Part shown: in pieces, positions 49,965-60,355 of the stretch
Layout of the letters: every line of letters begins with the position of its first letter
How positions within the stretch are numbered: position 1 is the first letter of the stretch
The notes under the pieces: generated by a model
Told to the model about the DNA's origin: nothing
Database searches by the model: none
The model's input: only the letters and a program-made list of their open reading frames with translations
Source: Candidatus Caccoplasma merdavium
GTDB taxonomy: Bacteria; Bacteroidota; Bacteroidia; Bacteroidales; UBA11471
NCBI GenBank assembly: GCA_018715595.1
Contig: DVLI01000002.1
Coordinates: 6,023 to 70,022 of the forward strand
Direction: 5' to 3'
DNA: 64,000 bases
Made by a program: the position numbers and the translations under genes

Positions 49965-51274
49965 TAAAAGAAGAACCTCATATCACGGTCGGTATTCAGC
50001 ACGACACGACGTTGAATTTCCGTCTGCACGATACCTTCGCGACACCGGAGGGTCGGACCTTCCCCGCGGGAGAATATCAGGCCCGATTGTCCTCCGACGG
50101 GAAAAACCTTTGTCTGGGCGATGACAGTTTCGACACGCTCACGCTGCTTCCGGCCGCTCCCGATGCCCTGTTTGACCTGCCCCAGGTGACCATCGGGGTC
50201 GAGTTCCATTGGCAGCGGCAGGAGTGCCAGACGTTCGGCGGGATTTTGCGTCTTGTGGTCGATGGGGGAGAAATCCATGCCATCAACGAAGTGCCCCTCG
50301 AAACTTACCTGACCAGTGTCATCTCCTCGGAAATGAATGCGACCTCGTCGCTCGAATTGTTGAAAGCGCATGCCGTCATCTCACGCAGTTGGCTGTTGGC
50401 CCAGTTGCCCCGTCTCATCGGTCGCCGTCAGGCGGCTCGCCGGTCGCGCGGGAAAATCGACTCTCCCGGCGAGATAGTCCGCTGGTACGACCGTGGCGAC
50501 CATACCCTTTTCGATGTCTGTGCCGATGACCATTGCCAGCGTTATCAGGGGCTGACGCGTGTGGCCACTCCGCAGGTGGTCGAGGCGGTGGCCTCGACGC
50601 GTGGAGAGGTGTTGTGCTATGCGGGCGAGGTGTGCGATGCCCGTTTCTCGAAATGCTGCGGCGGTGTGACCGAACGTTTTGAAAATTGCTGGGGCAATGA
50701 GCCGCATGATTATCTCCGGCCGGTCTATGACGCTCCCGGCGGCCATCGCTCGGCCGACCTCACCATCGAGAGCGAGGCTCGTCGTTTCATCGCCACCCGT
50801 CCCGATGTTTTTTGCAATACCCGTGATGCCGCCATTCTCTCGCAGGTGCTCAACAGTTACGACCGCGAAACCCCCGATTTCTTCCGCTGGCAGGTGCGCT
50901 ATTCCGTGGCGGAACTCTCGTCGCTGGTAGCCCGCCGCTCGGGTATCGACTTCGGGACCATACTCGCGCTCGAACCTGTCGAGCGGGGACCTTCGGCACG
51001 CATCGTGCGCCTGCGTATCATCGGCACACGTCGCGAAATGATTGTCGGGAAGGAACTCTACATACGCCGCATCTTGTCGCCCACGCACTTGTATAGCTCG
51101 GCTTTCGTGGTGCGGCGCGAAGGCGATGATTTTGTTTTCGACGGAGCCGGTTGGGGGCATGGCGTGGGTCTTTGCCAAATCGGCGCCGCCGTGATGGCCC
51201 ATCGCGGATATGATTACCGCACGATACTTCGCCATTATTATCCCGGAACCTCTCTCGATGTGTATTATCACTGA
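49961..51274 (+). CDS. SpoIID/LytB domain protein (amidase enhancer-like)
   Basis: 437-aa ORF with an ATGA overlap onto the upstream stop. 'LKAHAVISRSW', 'DVCADDHCQRYQG', 'GHGVGLCQIGAAVMA'. Confidence 0.85.
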   Translation: MIKEEPHITVGIQHDTTLNFRLHDTFATPEGRTFPAGEYQARLSSDGKNLCLGDDSFDTLTLLPAAPDALFDLPQVTIGVEFHWQRQECQTFGGILRLVVDGGEIHAINEVPLETYLTSVISSEMNATSSLELLKAHAVISRSWLLAQLPRLIGRRQAARRSRGKIDSPGEIVRWYDRGDHTLFDVCADDHCQRYQGLTRVATPQVVEAVASTRGEVLCYAGEVCDARFSKCCGGVTERFENCWGNEPHDYLRPVYDAPGGHRSADLTIESEARRFIATRPDVFCNTRDAAILSQVLNSYDRETPDFFRWQVRYSVAELSSLVARRSGIDFGTILALEPVERGPSARIVRLRIIGTRREMIVGKELYIRRILSPTHLYSSAFVVRREGDDFVFDGAGWGHGVGLCQIGAAVMAHRGYDYRTILRHYYPGTSLDVYYH

Positions 51275-51344
51275 TTTCTTGCCGGAGAAACAGTGAAGTT
51301 TCTAAAAAAATCATTACCTTGCGCAAGATAACAAGAGACCGATT

Positions 51345-52193
51345 ATGATATTGATCGCCGATAGCGGGTCGACCAAGACCGAATGGTCGCTGGTGGGAAG
51401 AAACGGGGTGGAACGCACGTTCCGCACTGCGGGTATCAATCCCTATCTCCTCGGCGAAGATGAGGTGCGTCGTATCCTTACCCGTGAAGTCCTTGTCGAG
51501 TTGCCCATCGAGCGCATCACCGAGGTCTATTTCTATGGAGCCGGTTGCGTGGGGCGTCCTGCCGAGACGCTGTGCGTGCAACTGCATCGGGTCATCGGCC
51601 CCGAGACGGTCGAGGTGAACAGCGATTTGCTGGCGGCGGCCCGCGCCCTTTGCGGCGATGCGCCGGGCATTGTGGCCATTCTCGGAACCGGGTCGAACTC
51701 GGGATACTATGATGGCCGTGACATTACCCGGCGAGTCCCGTCCCTGGGCTTCCTCCTCGGCGATGAGGGGAGTGGCAGTGACTTGGGAAAACACTTGCTG
51801 GCCGATGCCCTGAAAGGGCTGTTGCCCGAGCCGCTTGCTCGGCAGTTTTTCGATTGTTACCCGCTTACGCAGGAAGAAGTGCTCGACGCCGTTTACCGGC
51901 GCCCCATGCCCAACCGGTATATGGCCCGTTTTTCTCCCTTCATTCACGAGCACCTCGACGACCCCTATCTCCATCGGCTGGTCTCCACACGGTTTGAAGC
52001 CTTTTTCCGCCGCAATATCCTTGCATATCCCAGTCAGGGCTGTCCCGTGCACCTGGTCGGGTCGGTCGCGTACCATTATGCCGACTTGTTGCGGGAGGTC
52101 GCCCGTTCGCTGTCGATAGAGGTCGGTACGATACTTTCCTCTCCTGGTAAGGCATTGGCTCAATATCATGCCGGGCGAATCTCGGAACAATAG
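51345..52193 (+). CDS. BadF/BadG/BcrA/BcrD-type sugar kinase (MurNAc/GlcNAc kinase, MurK-like)
   Basis: 282-aa ORF. 'ILIADSGSTKTEWSLV', 'GTGSNSGYYDG', 'GFLLGDEGSG'. Immediately upstream of murQ. Confidence 0.85.
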   Translation: MILIADSGSTKTEWSLVGRNGVERTFRTAGINPYLLGEDEVRRILTREVLVELPIERITEVYFYGAGCVGRPAETLCVQLHRVIGPETVEVNSDLLAAARALCGDAPGIVAILGTGSNSGYYDGRDITRRVPSLGFLLGDEGSGSDLGKHLLADALKGLLPEPLARQFFDCYPLTQEEVLDAVYRRPMPNRYMARFSPFIHEHLDDPYLHRLVSTRFEAFFRRNILAYPSQGCPVHLVGSVAYHYADLLREVARSLSIEVGTILSSPGKALAQYHAGRISEQ

Positions 52194-52195
52194 AC

Positions 52196-53029
52196 ATGGA
52201 AAAATTTCAGAAACTCACCGAATATCCCTCGCTCTACCATCATCTCGAAGAGAAATCGGTAGAGAAGATACTTACCGAAATCAACACCGAAGACCATAAG
52301 ATAGCCGATGCCGTGGCACTGGCCATACCGCAAATCACCCGGCTGGTCGAACAACTCCTGCCCCGTATGCGCGAGGGCGGAAGGCTTTTCTATCTCGGTG
52401 CCGGGACCAGCGGCCGCCTGGGCGTGCTCGATGCTTCGGAGATACCACCCACTTACGGAATGCCTCCCGGCCGGGTCATCGGGCTCATTGCCGGAGGTGA
52501 CATCGCTTTGCGACGTTCGGTCGAGTCGGCCGAAGACATCGAAAGCAAAGGCTGGGAAGAGTTGCAGTCGCATGGGATAACCCCGCTCGACACGGTCGTG
52601 GGCATCGCCGCATCGGGAACGACCCCCTATGTGATTGGGGCATTGCGCCGTTGCCGGGAAGCCGGCATTCTCACGGCGTCGATAACCTGCAACCCCGGAG
52701 CCCCGGTATCGCAAGTGGCCGAGATACCCATCGAGGTCATCACCGGCCCCGAATATGTGACGGGAAGCACCCGCATGAAAGCCGGTACGGCGCAGAAACT
52801 GGTCCTCAACATGATTTCCACCTCGACGATGATTGGGCTGGGGCGTGTCGAAGACAATCGCATGGTGCACATGCAACTGACCAATCAGAAACTGATAGAC
52901 CGCGGCTCCCGCATGATTGCCGAGTCGACGGGACTTCCTTATGACAAAGCCCGTGAATTGCTGCTGCTCTACGGCTCGGTGAGCCGCGCCGTGCAGGTGT
53001 ATAGGGAAAATCATTCGTCCGAAAAATAA
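52196..53029 (+). CDS. murQ: N-acetylmuramic acid 6-phosphate etherase
   Basis: 277-aa ORF. SIS domain '[21 protein letters not shown]', '[11 protein letters not shown]', '[13 protein letters not shown]'. Confidence 0.93.
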   Translation: MEKFQKLTEYPSLYHHLEEKSVEKILTEINTEDHKIADAVALAIPQITRLVEQLLPRMREGGRLFYLGAGTSGRLGVLDASEIPPTYGMPPGRVIGLIAGGDIALRRSVESAEDIESKGWEELQSHGITPLDTVVGIAASGTTPYVIGALRRCREAGILTASITCNPGAPVSQVAEIPIEVITGPEYVTGSTRMKAGTAQKLVLNMISTSTMIGLGRVEDNRMVHMQLTNQKLIDRGSRMIAESTGLPYDKARELLLLYGSVSRAVQVYRENHSSEK

Positions 53030-53036
53030 AACCGCC

Positions 53037-54503
53037 ATGAAGAGTCGCCCGATACGTTGTTTCCTCTCGTTTACCTCCGAAGAGGCGTTGCGTCCTGCTG
53101 TGGACGCGCTTTCGGCTTCGCCCGAAGTGGAGTCGATATTCTTGCTTGCAGCCGACGGCACCGCCGCTCTGCCCGGTTGCACGACCCTCTCCGGCGGATT
53201 CCCTTTTTCTACGTCCGTGTTGCGGCGCATGGCTCGTGAAGCGGGCGACGGGTATGTGCTGTTGGCATTGCCCGGGAAAGCGTTTGTGCCGAAACCCGAC
53301 CTTTGTTCCCGCCTGTTGGCTGTGGCTGCCGATACGGCGGCGCCGTTTGTTTACGCCGACTCGTGGAGCTTGTGCGGAGATACCTGCCACCCCCTGCCTC
53401 GCATCGACTGCCATGAAGGTTCGTTGCGCGACGATTTCGATTTTGGCCCGCTACTTTTCCTGCGGGCGGCCGATTTTGCCTCCGTCGTTTCGGAGATGGA
53501 CGACGATTACCGGTATGCCGCCCTTTATGACCTCCGCCTGCGCCTTTCGCGGCGAGGCCGGCTGTTCCATTTGCGCGAGCGGCTTTACACCGAAAGTGCC
53601 GTTGCCGTGGCTTGCGGCGAACGGCAGTTCGATTATGTCGACCCCCGGAATCGGGCGGTGCAGGTCGAGATGGAGGCCGTCTGCACCCGGCATCTGCGGG
53701 CCATCGGCGCCTACCTGCCGCCTGTGACGCGCACGGTGGAGGGTGAAGATGCCGCTTTCCCCGTCGATGTGTCGGTGGTCATTCCCGTTTACAACCGGGT
53801 GCGTTCCATTGCCGATGCCGTGGCTTCGGCGGCCGGACAGGAGGGCGATTTTACCTATAATATCATCGTGGTCGATAATCATTCGACCGATGGGACGACC
53901 GAGTTGCTGCATTCGATGGCTGTCGCCGATTCCCGCCTGCTGCATCTGGTACCCGAAAATCGGCAGTTGGGTATCGGTGGGTGTTGGAATTATGCCGTGA
54001 ATCACCCCGCCTGCGGGCGCCATGTCGTGCAGCTCGACAGCGATGACCTCTATAAGGACGCGCATGTATTGCGTCGTATCCTCGACACGTTCCGCCGCGA
54101 GAAGTGTGCCATGGTGATAGGAAGCTATGAACTTACCGACTGGCACTTGCGCCCGCTGCCCCCCGGCCTTATCGACCACCGGGAGTGGAGCGATGAGAAC
54201 GGCCCCAACAACGCTTTGCGCATCAACGGATTGGGTGCTCCGCGTGCCTTCTATACCCCCTTGTTGCGTCGCTATCCTTTCCCCGATGTAAGTTACGGCG
54301 AGGACTATGCCGTGGGGTTGCGCCTTTCGCGCGAATACCGCATCGGACGCATTTATGAGTCGCTCTACCTGTGTCGCCGCTGGGAGGGAAACTCCGACGC
54401 GGCGCTCGACATCGAGCAAATCAACCGGAACAACGCCTATAAAGATAGTTTGCGGGCCATGGAAGTGGCCGCCCGTCGACAGTTGCACCATGGAGACCGA
54501 TAG
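53037..54503 (+). CDS. family 2 glycosyltransferase with a ~230-aa N-terminal domain of unknown function
   Basis: 488-aa ORF. The GT2 core '[24 protein letters not shown]...[12 protein letters not shown]...LDSDD' starts near residue 240. Confidence 0.8.
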   Translation: MKSRPIRCFLSFTSEEALRPAVDALSASPEVESIFLLAADGTAALPGCTTLSGGFPFSTSVLRRMAREAGDGYVLLALPGKAFVPKPDLCSRLLAVAADTAAPFVYADSWSLCGDTCHPLPRIDCHEGSLRDDFDFGPLLFLRAADFASVVSEMDDDYRYAALYDLRLRLSRRGRLFHLRERLYTESAVAVACGERQFDYVDPRNRAVQVEMEAVCTRHLRAIGAYLPPVTRTVEGEDAAFPVDVSVVIPVYNRVRSIADAVASAAGQEGDFTYNIIVVDNHSTDGTTELLHSMAVADSRLLHLVPENRQLGIGGCWNYAVNHPACGRHVVQLDSDDLYKDAHVLRRILDTFRREKCAMVIGSYELTDWHLRPLPPGLIDHREWSDENGPNNALRINGLGAPRAFYTPLLRRYPFPDVSYGEDYAVGLRLSREYRIGRIYESLYLCRRWEGNSDAALDIEQINRNNAYKDSLRAMEVAARRQLHHGDR

Positions 54504-55452
54504 TTTGCGCTTGTTGGCCGATGAGGCCGAGACCTTGTTTGAGACCCAGTTGCGGGAGTGGCCGTTTGTCGCAGCCGGTTACGAGGCGTTGCGGCATTTG
54601 CAGGAACGCTCTTTCGAGGTTGGCGGCGTACCCGTGCGGGTGCAGTGGAATCCGGCGCGTATCCGTTCCACCGCTTCCAAGGTCGATGCCCGTTCCGTTG
54701 CCGGGAGGCCGTGTTTCTTGTGTGATGCCCATCGCCCTGTCGAGCAACTTTCTCTGCCGGTCGGGGGGCGATACAAGTTGCTGGTCAATCCCTATCCGAT
54801 ATTTCCCCGCCATTTTACGTTGCCGGCCTGCGACCACACCCCGCAGTTGCTGGCCGGACGTTTCGGCGACCTGTTGCAACTGGCTTCGGAGATGCCCCGG
54901 TATGTCGTCTTCTACAACGGCCCGCGTTGTGGCGCTTCGGCTCCCGACCACATGCACTTTCAGGCCGGGAACCGCGGTTTTGTACCCATCGAGTCGCAAT
55001 GGGAGCAACTGGTGAAAGACCAAGGTGAGAGCGAACGGTGGGGAGGAGGCATTCTCTATTCGTGGCTTACCCGTTGGCCGGCGGCGATGTTGGTCTTTGA
55101 AGGAGAGGACTTCGACGCCATGCAATCGTTCTGGCACGAGATTGAAACCCTCTTGCCCGTTCCGGCCGGGCACCCTGAGCTGCCCGTCAACCTGCTTTGT
55201 GCCTTTTCCGAGGGCCGATGGCGTTGCTGGGCGGTGTTGCGTACCCGTCACCGTCCCGCCCAGTATGGCGGCGAAGGGGCGGGGAGTCGTCTCATCAGTC
55301 CCGGGGCGGTCGATATGGCGGGGGTCGTCATTACGCCCCGGAAACAGGATTTCGATGCCCTCACCCCCGACGAGATGTCCGATATTCTCGGCCAGGTGGC
55401 TGACCCGGAATGGTTGCACGCCTGTTTGAAACATTTGAAAAAAACGAAGTGA
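54490..55452 (+). CDS. DUF4922 / HIT-like (GDP-hexose phosphorylase-type) protein
   Basis: ORF 54307..55452 trimmed to 'METDSLRLL', overlapping the GT2 stop by 14 nt. '[10 protein letters not shown]' (HxHxQ at 54949..54963) resembles the GalT/HIT-branch nucleotidyl-transfer motif. Confidence 0.7.
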   Translation: METDSLRLLADEAETLFETQLREWPFVAAGYEALRHLQERSFEVGGVPVRVQWNPARIRSTASKVDARSVAGRPCFLCDAHRPVEQLSLPVGGRYKLLVNPYPIFPRHFTLPACDHTPQLLAGRFGDLLQLASEMPRYVVFYNGPRCGASAPDHMHFQAGNRGFVPIESQWEQLVKDQGESERWGGGILYSWLTRWPAAMLVFEGEDFDAMQSFWHEIETLLPVPAGHPELPVNLLCAFSEGRWRCWAVLRTRHRPAQYGGEGAGSRLISPGAVDMAGVVITPRKQDFDALTPDEMSDILGQVADPEWLHACLKHLKKTK

Positions 55453-56744
55453 TGAAATCAGTTCCCGCCCTTTCCCGTTCGCCGTGGTCGTGGGTGCCCA
55501 CCCTCTATTTGGCCGAAGGCATTCCCTATGTGGCCGTCATGTCGATAGCCGTGATCATGTATGACCGCATGGGTATTTCCCACACCGATATTGCCTTCTA
55601 CACGGCCTGGCTTTACCTGCCTTGGGTCATCAAGCCGTTGTGGAGCCCCTTTGTCGATATATTGCACACCCGGCGTTGGTGGATAGTCGCCATGCAATTC
55701 CTTGTCGGTGCGGCGATGGCCGGCGTGGCGCTTACGTTGCCGGCGCCCTTTTTCTTTCGGGCGACGTTGGCTTTCTTCTGGCTCATGGCGTTCAGTTCGG
55801 CCACCCACGACATCGCCGCCGACGGATTCTATATGTTGGCTCTCGACACGCACCAGCAGTCATTTTTCGTGGGTATACGCAGTACCTTTTACCGCATTGC
55901 CATGATTGCGGGGCAAGGATTACTGGTGATGTTGGCCGGCCTGTTCGAAGTTTACACCCGGGTTGAGGTGGCTTGGCTCTTGACCTTCGGCATCATGGCC
56001 TTGCTTTTCTTCGTGTTTGCGTTCTATCATCTCTTTCTCCTGCCGCGTCCGCAGGCCGACAAGGCTTCTGCGGTAGCCGCCGATATATGGCGTGAATTGG
56101 GGGAGACGTTCCGTTCCTTTTTCCGCAAGCCGGGTATCGGGGTGGCTCTGCTCTTCCTGTTGACCTATCGGCTGGCCGAGGCCCAGTTGGTGAAAATGTC
56201 GTCCCTCTTCTTGCTCGATGCGAGACCCGACGGAGGTCTGGCTTTGACGACGGGGCAGGTGGGTTTTGTCTACGGTACGGTGGGGGTGATAGCACTTACC
56301 GTCGGGGGACTCATTGGCGGGTGGGTGGTATCCCGTTATGGCTTGCGCCGCTGTTTGTGGCCCATGGCGTTGATGCTTACGCTGCCCAATCTCGTCTACG
56401 TCTATCTGTCGCTGCTGCAACCCGATTCCCTCGTGGTTGTCAATGCCTGTGTGGCCGTAGAGCAGCTGGGTTACGGTTTTGGTTTTACGGCCTACATGCT
56501 CTATATGATTTCCTTCTCCGAGGGGGCGCATGCCACCGCCCATTATGCGTTGTGCACGGCATTCATGGCGTTGGGTATGATGTTGCCCGGCATGGTGGCC
56601 GGCTGGATTGCCGATTGGGTGGGATATACCTTCTTTTTTGTGTGGATTATGATTTGTACGCTTCCCGTTTTTGTTCTTTTGCCGTTTCTGAAAATTCCGG
56701 AAAATTTCGGCTTGAAATCTCCCGGAAACAAGTCTGAAAAATAA
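55452..56744 (+). CDS. ampG: AmpG-family muropeptide MFS permease
   Basis: ORF 55410..56744 trimmed to '[26 protein letters not shown]', with a 1-nt overlap onto the upstream TGA. 'AWLYLPWVIKPLWSPFVD' is typical of AmpG. Confidence 0.85.
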   Translation: MKSVPALSRSPWSWVPTLYLAEGIPYVAVMSIAVIMYDRMGISHTDIAFYTAWLYLPWVIKPLWSPFVDILHTRRWWIVAMQFLVGAAMAGVALTLPAPFFFRATLAFFWLMAFSSATHDIAADGFYMLALDTHQQSFFVGIRSTFYRIAMIAGQGLLVMLAGLFEVYTRVEVAWLLTFGIMALLFFVFAFYHLFLLPRPQADKASAVAADIWRELGETFRSFFRKPGIGVALLFLLTYRLAEAQLVKMSSLFLLDARPDGGLALTTGQVGFVYGTVGVIALTVGGLIGGWVVSRYGLRRCLWPMALMLTLPNLVYVYLSLLQPDSLVVVNACVAVEQLGYGFGFTAYMLYMISFSEGAHATAHYALCTAFMALGMMLPGMVAGWIADWVGYTFFFVWIMICTLPVFVLLPFLKIPENFGLKSPGNKSEK

Positions 56745-56882
56745 TCCGTTTGTCGCTTACCCGAAAAAATATCGCACCTCGTGTCGAACAACAGGCTGCG
56801 GTTGTGTGATATACATTATACAATGCATATAATATACGACAAGAACGAGTGTGGGCTTACCCCAAAAGCAGACTGTTATTGA

Positions 56883-57386
56883 ATGGAAAAAGAAAGAATG
56901 GCCGAGTATTTGGTCGGCAGTCGTGCCGAAATGCTTCGGTGGGCTTACCGGTTGACTCGGAACTGTGACGATGCGCAAGATTTGTTGCAGTCGACTCTGT
57001 TGTGTGCGCTCAAATCGGCGCAGATGTATACCGATGAAACCAACCTGTCGGGCTGGCTTTATGCAATTATGCGGAATGTGTTTTTCAATATGATCCGTCG
57101 TGAAGGCCGTTGCTGTTATATGAGCAAGGACGACATCGAGAGTCTGATGTCGTTTGTGGAGTCCTCCCCCGATAATTCGACCGAGACGACTCTTTTTCTC
57201 AACGATATACGTCGGGCCGTCGATACGCTCGACCAACCCTTCAAGATACCTATGGCTCTCTACCTCTCGGGGTATAAGTATCAGGAAATTGCCGAGAAGA
57301 TGGGTATCCCGTTGGGCACCGTCAAGAGCCGCATTCATGCCAGTCGCGTGCAGTTGCAGGTGACGTTGAAGGATTTTCGGAAATAA
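56883..57386 (+). CDS. ECF-type RNA polymerase sigma-70 family factor
   Basis: 167-aa ORF. Region 2 'DAQDLLQSTLLCAL...LSGWLYAIMRNVFFNMIRR' and region 4 'YQEIAEKMGIPLGTVKSRIHASR'. No adjacent anti-sigma gene seen. Confidence 0.85.
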   Translation: MEKERMAEYLVGSRAEMLRWAYRLTRNCDDAQDLLQSTLLCALKSAQMYTDETNLSGWLYAIMRNVFFNMIRREGRCCYMSKDDIESLMSFVESSPDNSTETTLFLNDIRRAVDTLDQPFKIPMALYLSGYKYQEIAEKMGIPLGTVKSRIHASRVQLQVTLKDFRK

Positions 57387-57415
57387 ATCGGGGGAGGGGA
57401 GGGAAGAAACTTTCC

Positions 57416-57500
57416 TTTTCCCCTGCCGCTTTTCCCTTGCCCCGTTGCTCGAATGAAGGCATCTTTCCCGTCGCTTTCCTCTGCGCCGTTGTTCGAATGC
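57416..57500 (+). repeat. two imperfect ~40-bp direct repeats in a pyrimidine-rich spacer
   Basis: Core 'ccgttgctcgaatg' (57443..57456) and 'ccgttgttcgaatg' (57487..57500), each preceded by 'ttt(t)ccc..gc' tracts. A G-rich/C-rich mirror precedes them at 57391..57424. Confidence 0.4.
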
Positions 57501-57594
57501 GATCCTTTTTCCCTGCCTTGAAAAATTTCTTTTTGCAGCAAAAGAATCCGGTAAAAATGATTATTTTCGCCGTCGTAAAAATTTATGCTTGACG

Positions 57595-58878
57595 ATGGAT
57601 ATAAAATCCTTATATAGCCTGTTCAAGTCGCACCGTAGCGTGACGACCGATAGTCGGAATTGCCCTCCCGGCGCATTGTTTTTTGCTTTGCGTGGCGATA
57701 CCTTCGACGGTAACCGTTTTGCCGCCGCTGCGTTGGAGGCCGGTTGTTCCTATGCCGTGGTCGACGACCCCTCGGTTGTCGCCGGCAACCGTTATATCCT
57801 GGTCGACAATGTATTGCAGACTTTGCAAGCCTTGGCTCGATGCCATCGCCGCGAGTGGGGACGCACCGTGGTGGGTGTCACCGGCACCAATGGGAAGACC
57901 ACGACCAAGGAGTTGATGGCCGCATCGCTCTCCCGTCGGTTCAAGGTGCTTGCCACCGAGGGAAATCTCAACAATTCCATCGGTGTGCCGCTCACCTTGT
58001 TGCGGCTCGATGACACCTGCGAGATGGCCGTCATCGAAATGGGCGCCAGTCACCCCGGCGACATTGCCGAGTTGGTCGACATAGCCGAGCCCGATTTCGG
58101 ATTGATTACCAACGTGGGAAAAGCCCACTTGCAGGGATTCAGCTCTTTCGAGGGGGTCGTTGCCACCAAATGCGAACTTTATGATTTCTTGCGGCGTCAC
58201 GGCGGGAAAGTCTTTTTGCATCACGAAGACGCAATCTTGTCGCAGCGGGCCGCCGGCCTTGTGGCTGCCGAGTACGGTACCACGCCGGGTCTGTCGGTTT
58301 CGGGTTGCCTCACCGGTTGTTCGCCCTGCCTCTCATTCTCGTTCACGACCCAAGGCGAGACCTATGCCGTCGATACGCAGCTCATTGGCAGTTATAACCT
58401 CCCCAATGCTCTGGCCGCTGCCGCTGTCGCGGCCTATTTCGGGGTCGCTCCGGCCGACATAGCCCGGGCGCTTTCCGAATATGAGCCCCGCAACCGCCGT
58501 TCGCAACTGGTGCGCACCGCCCGCAATACCCTCATTGTCGATGCCTATAATGCCAACCCCACCAGCATGGGAGCCGCACTCGACAATTTCCTGACCGCGG
58601 ATTTCCCCGCCAAGACGGTCATCTTGGGCGATATGGGCGAATTGGGTGCCGACAGTGAGTCGGAACATCGCCGCATCGTCGAGTGGCTTGGTCAGCAACC
58701 CTCGCTCGATGTCATCTTGGTCGGAAGTGAATTCTCGAAAGCGGCCGGCACGATGACCTCTTTTGCCGATACCGATGCCCTGGTCGAGTTTCTCAAAGCC
58801 AACCCCATTGCGGATCGGACCCTCCTTATCAAAGGTTCCCGTTTTATGAAACTCGAAAGATGCATAGAATATTTGTAA
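57595..58878 (+). CDS. murF: UDP-N-acetylmuramoyl-tripeptide--D-alanyl-D-alanine ligase
   Basis: ORF 57589..58878 (TTG) trimmed to the ATG 'MDIKSLYSLF'. 'TTDSRNCPPGALFFALRGDTFDGNRF', 'VTGTNGKTTTKE', 'DAYNANPTSM'. Confidence 0.93.
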   Translation: MDIKSLYSLFKSHRSVTTDSRNCPPGALFFALRGDTFDGNRFAAAALEAGCSYAVVDDPSVVAGNRYILVDNVLQTLQALARCHRREWGRTVVGVTGTNGKTTTKELMAASLSRRFKVLATEGNLNNSIGVPLTLLRLDDTCEMAVIEMGASHPGDIAELVDIAEPDFGLITNVGKAHLQGFSSFEGVVATKCELYDFLRRHGGKVFLHHEDAILSQRAAGLVAAEYGTTPGLSVSGCLTGCSPCLSFSFTTQGETYAVDTQLIGSYNLPNALAAAAVAAYFGVAPADIARALSEYEPRNRRSQLVRTARNTLIVDAYNANPTSMGAALDNFLTADFPAKTVILGDMGELGADSESEHRRIVEWLGQQPSLDVILVGSEFSKAAGTMTSFADTDALVEFLKANPIADRTLLIKGSRFMKLERCIEYL

Positions 58879-58910
58879 TGTGAAAATCCGTTCAAAAAAC
58901 CTTCATACCC

Positions 58911-60095
58911 ATGAATATGTATAATCCCGTTTTTGCCTCCGAGGCCCTTGCCCGGAAAGAAAAGATTCAAGCCGCTTTGCGTCGTCTGCCGGCCGACGCT
59001 TTGCTTCTTGCCGACAATGCCAATCTCTACTACACGTCGAGTCGGGTATTCTGTGGCTATACCTATGTCCCGGCCGAAGGCGACATGATCTATTTCGTGC
59101 GTCGCCCCGTGGGGCTCGCCGGCGACAATGTCGTCTACATACGCAAGCCCGAGCAGATAATCGAAGAGATGCAGAAACGGGGACTCCCGCTTCCGCAAAC
59201 CTTGCTTGTCGAGGGCGATTCCCTCTCTTATAACGAATACACCCGCTTGGCGTCGGCCTTTCCCTCCTCGCGCATATTGCCGGGCGGAACAGCATTGATT
59301 CGCCAGGTGCGGGCGGTGAAGACACCGTTCGAAATCGGCATGATTCGGCAGTCGGCCGCTTCGCACGACATGCTCTATCGTCACATTCCCAAACTCTATA
59401 CCCCCGGTATGACCGATTTGGAATTCTCGATCGAAATCGAGCGTGCCGCGCGTCAGCATGGCTCGTTGGGCATATTCCGCATTTTCGGGCGGAGCATGGA
59501 GATATTCATGGGCAATGTCCTGGCAGGCGAAAATGCCGACACCCCCACCCCCTACGATTTTGCCATGGGAGGCGCTGGCCTCGACGATTCGCTGCCCATA
59601 GGCTGCAACGGTACGACCATACACCCCGGTCAGACGGTCATGGTCGATGTGAATGGTAATTTCACCGGTTATATGACCGACCTTTCCCGGGTCTACTCCT
59701 TGGGTGAGATACCCGAAAAAGCCCGTCATGCACATGCCGTCTCTCTCGAAATCGAACAGGCCGTCATGTCGATGGCGCGACCGGGAGTCGCTGCGTCGGA
59801 GCTTTACGACAAAGCCTTGGCGATAGCCCGTGACCGGAAGGTCGAAGACTATTTTATGGGACATCGTCAAAAAGCCGGATTCGTCGGTCACGGTGTGGGC
59901 ATCGAAATCAATGAGCAGCCCGTGCTTGCCCCACGTTCCCGCGACGTGCTCGAAGCCGGTATGGTATTCGCTCTCGAACCCAAGTTCGTCATTCCCGGAG
60001 TGGGCCCTGTCGGCATCGAAAACACATTCTTGGTCACCGACGATGGCGTGGAGCGCCTCACCAATTGTGAAGAAGAAATTCGTTCGCTCGATTGA
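58911..60095 (+). CDS. M24 family metallopeptidase (Xaa-Pro aminopeptidase-like)
   Basis: 394-aa ORF. Pita-bread motifs 'VMVDVNGNFTGYMTDLSR', 'HGVGIEINEQP', 'FALEPKF', 'IENTFLVT'. Confidence 0.88.
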   Translation: MNMYNPVFASEALARKEKIQAALRRLPADALLLADNANLYYTSSRVFCGYTYVPAEGDMIYFVRRPVGLAGDNVVYIRKPEQIIEEMQKRGLPLPQTLLVEGDSLSYNEYTRLASAFPSSRILPGGTALIRQVRAVKTPFEIGMIRQSAASHDMLYRHIPKLYTPGMTDLEFSIEIERAARQHGSLGIFRIFGRSMEIFMGNVLAGENADTPTPYDFAMGGAGLDDSLPIGCNGTTIHPGQTVMVDVNGNFTGYMTDLSRVYSLGEIPEKARHAHAVSLEIEQAVMSMARPGVAASELYDKALAIARDRKVEDYFMGHRQKAGFVGHGVGIEINEQPVLAPRSRDVLEAGMVFALEPKFVIPGVGPVGIENTFLVTDDGVERLTNCEEEIRSLD

Positions 60096-60219
60096 TGGCT
60101 TGCTTGTATTGTGGCACACCTAAAATCTCCTATTCCGCGCATATCCCCGGCGGGATAGGAGATTCATCGAAAAATATGAAAAAATAGGCCAAAGCTATTG
60201 CGGAGAAAAAATAAATCAC

Positions 60220-60227
60220 TATCTTTG
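60220..60227 (+). promoter_or_regulatory. -7 box TATCTTTG upstream of tRNA-Asp
   Basis: Matches TAnnTTTG, 52 nt upstream of the tRNA 5' end. Confidence 0.45.
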
Positions 60228-60278
60228 CACCGCAATTCGGCAGAGAGCCGGGTGGCCAAGAAAAGAATACTTCAAAAA

Positions 60279-60355
60279 GGTGCGGTAGTTCAGCTGGTTA
60301 GAATACATGCCTGTCACGCATGGGGTCGCGGGTTCGAGTCCCGTCCGCACCGCCA
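60279..60355 (+). tRNA. tRNA-Asp (anticodon GUC), CCA encoded
   Basis: GGTGCGGTAGTTCAGCTGGTTAGAATACATGCCTGTCACGCATGGGGTCGCGGGTTCGAGTCCCGTCCGCACCGCCA. Close to the canonical bacterial tRNA-Asp, with anticodon loop CTGTCAC. Confidence 0.95.

Noticed and set aside
58692-60119. 475-aa ORF antisense to the M24 peptidase gene
   Set aside because: The plus strand has the M24 metal-ligand motifs, while the antisense product has no recognisable features.
60241-60278. 'cagagagccgggtggccaag', which resembles the start of a class II tRNA, just upstream of tRNA-Asp
   Set aside because: No complete cloverleaf can be drawn. It is most simply part of the tRNA-Asp 5' leader.
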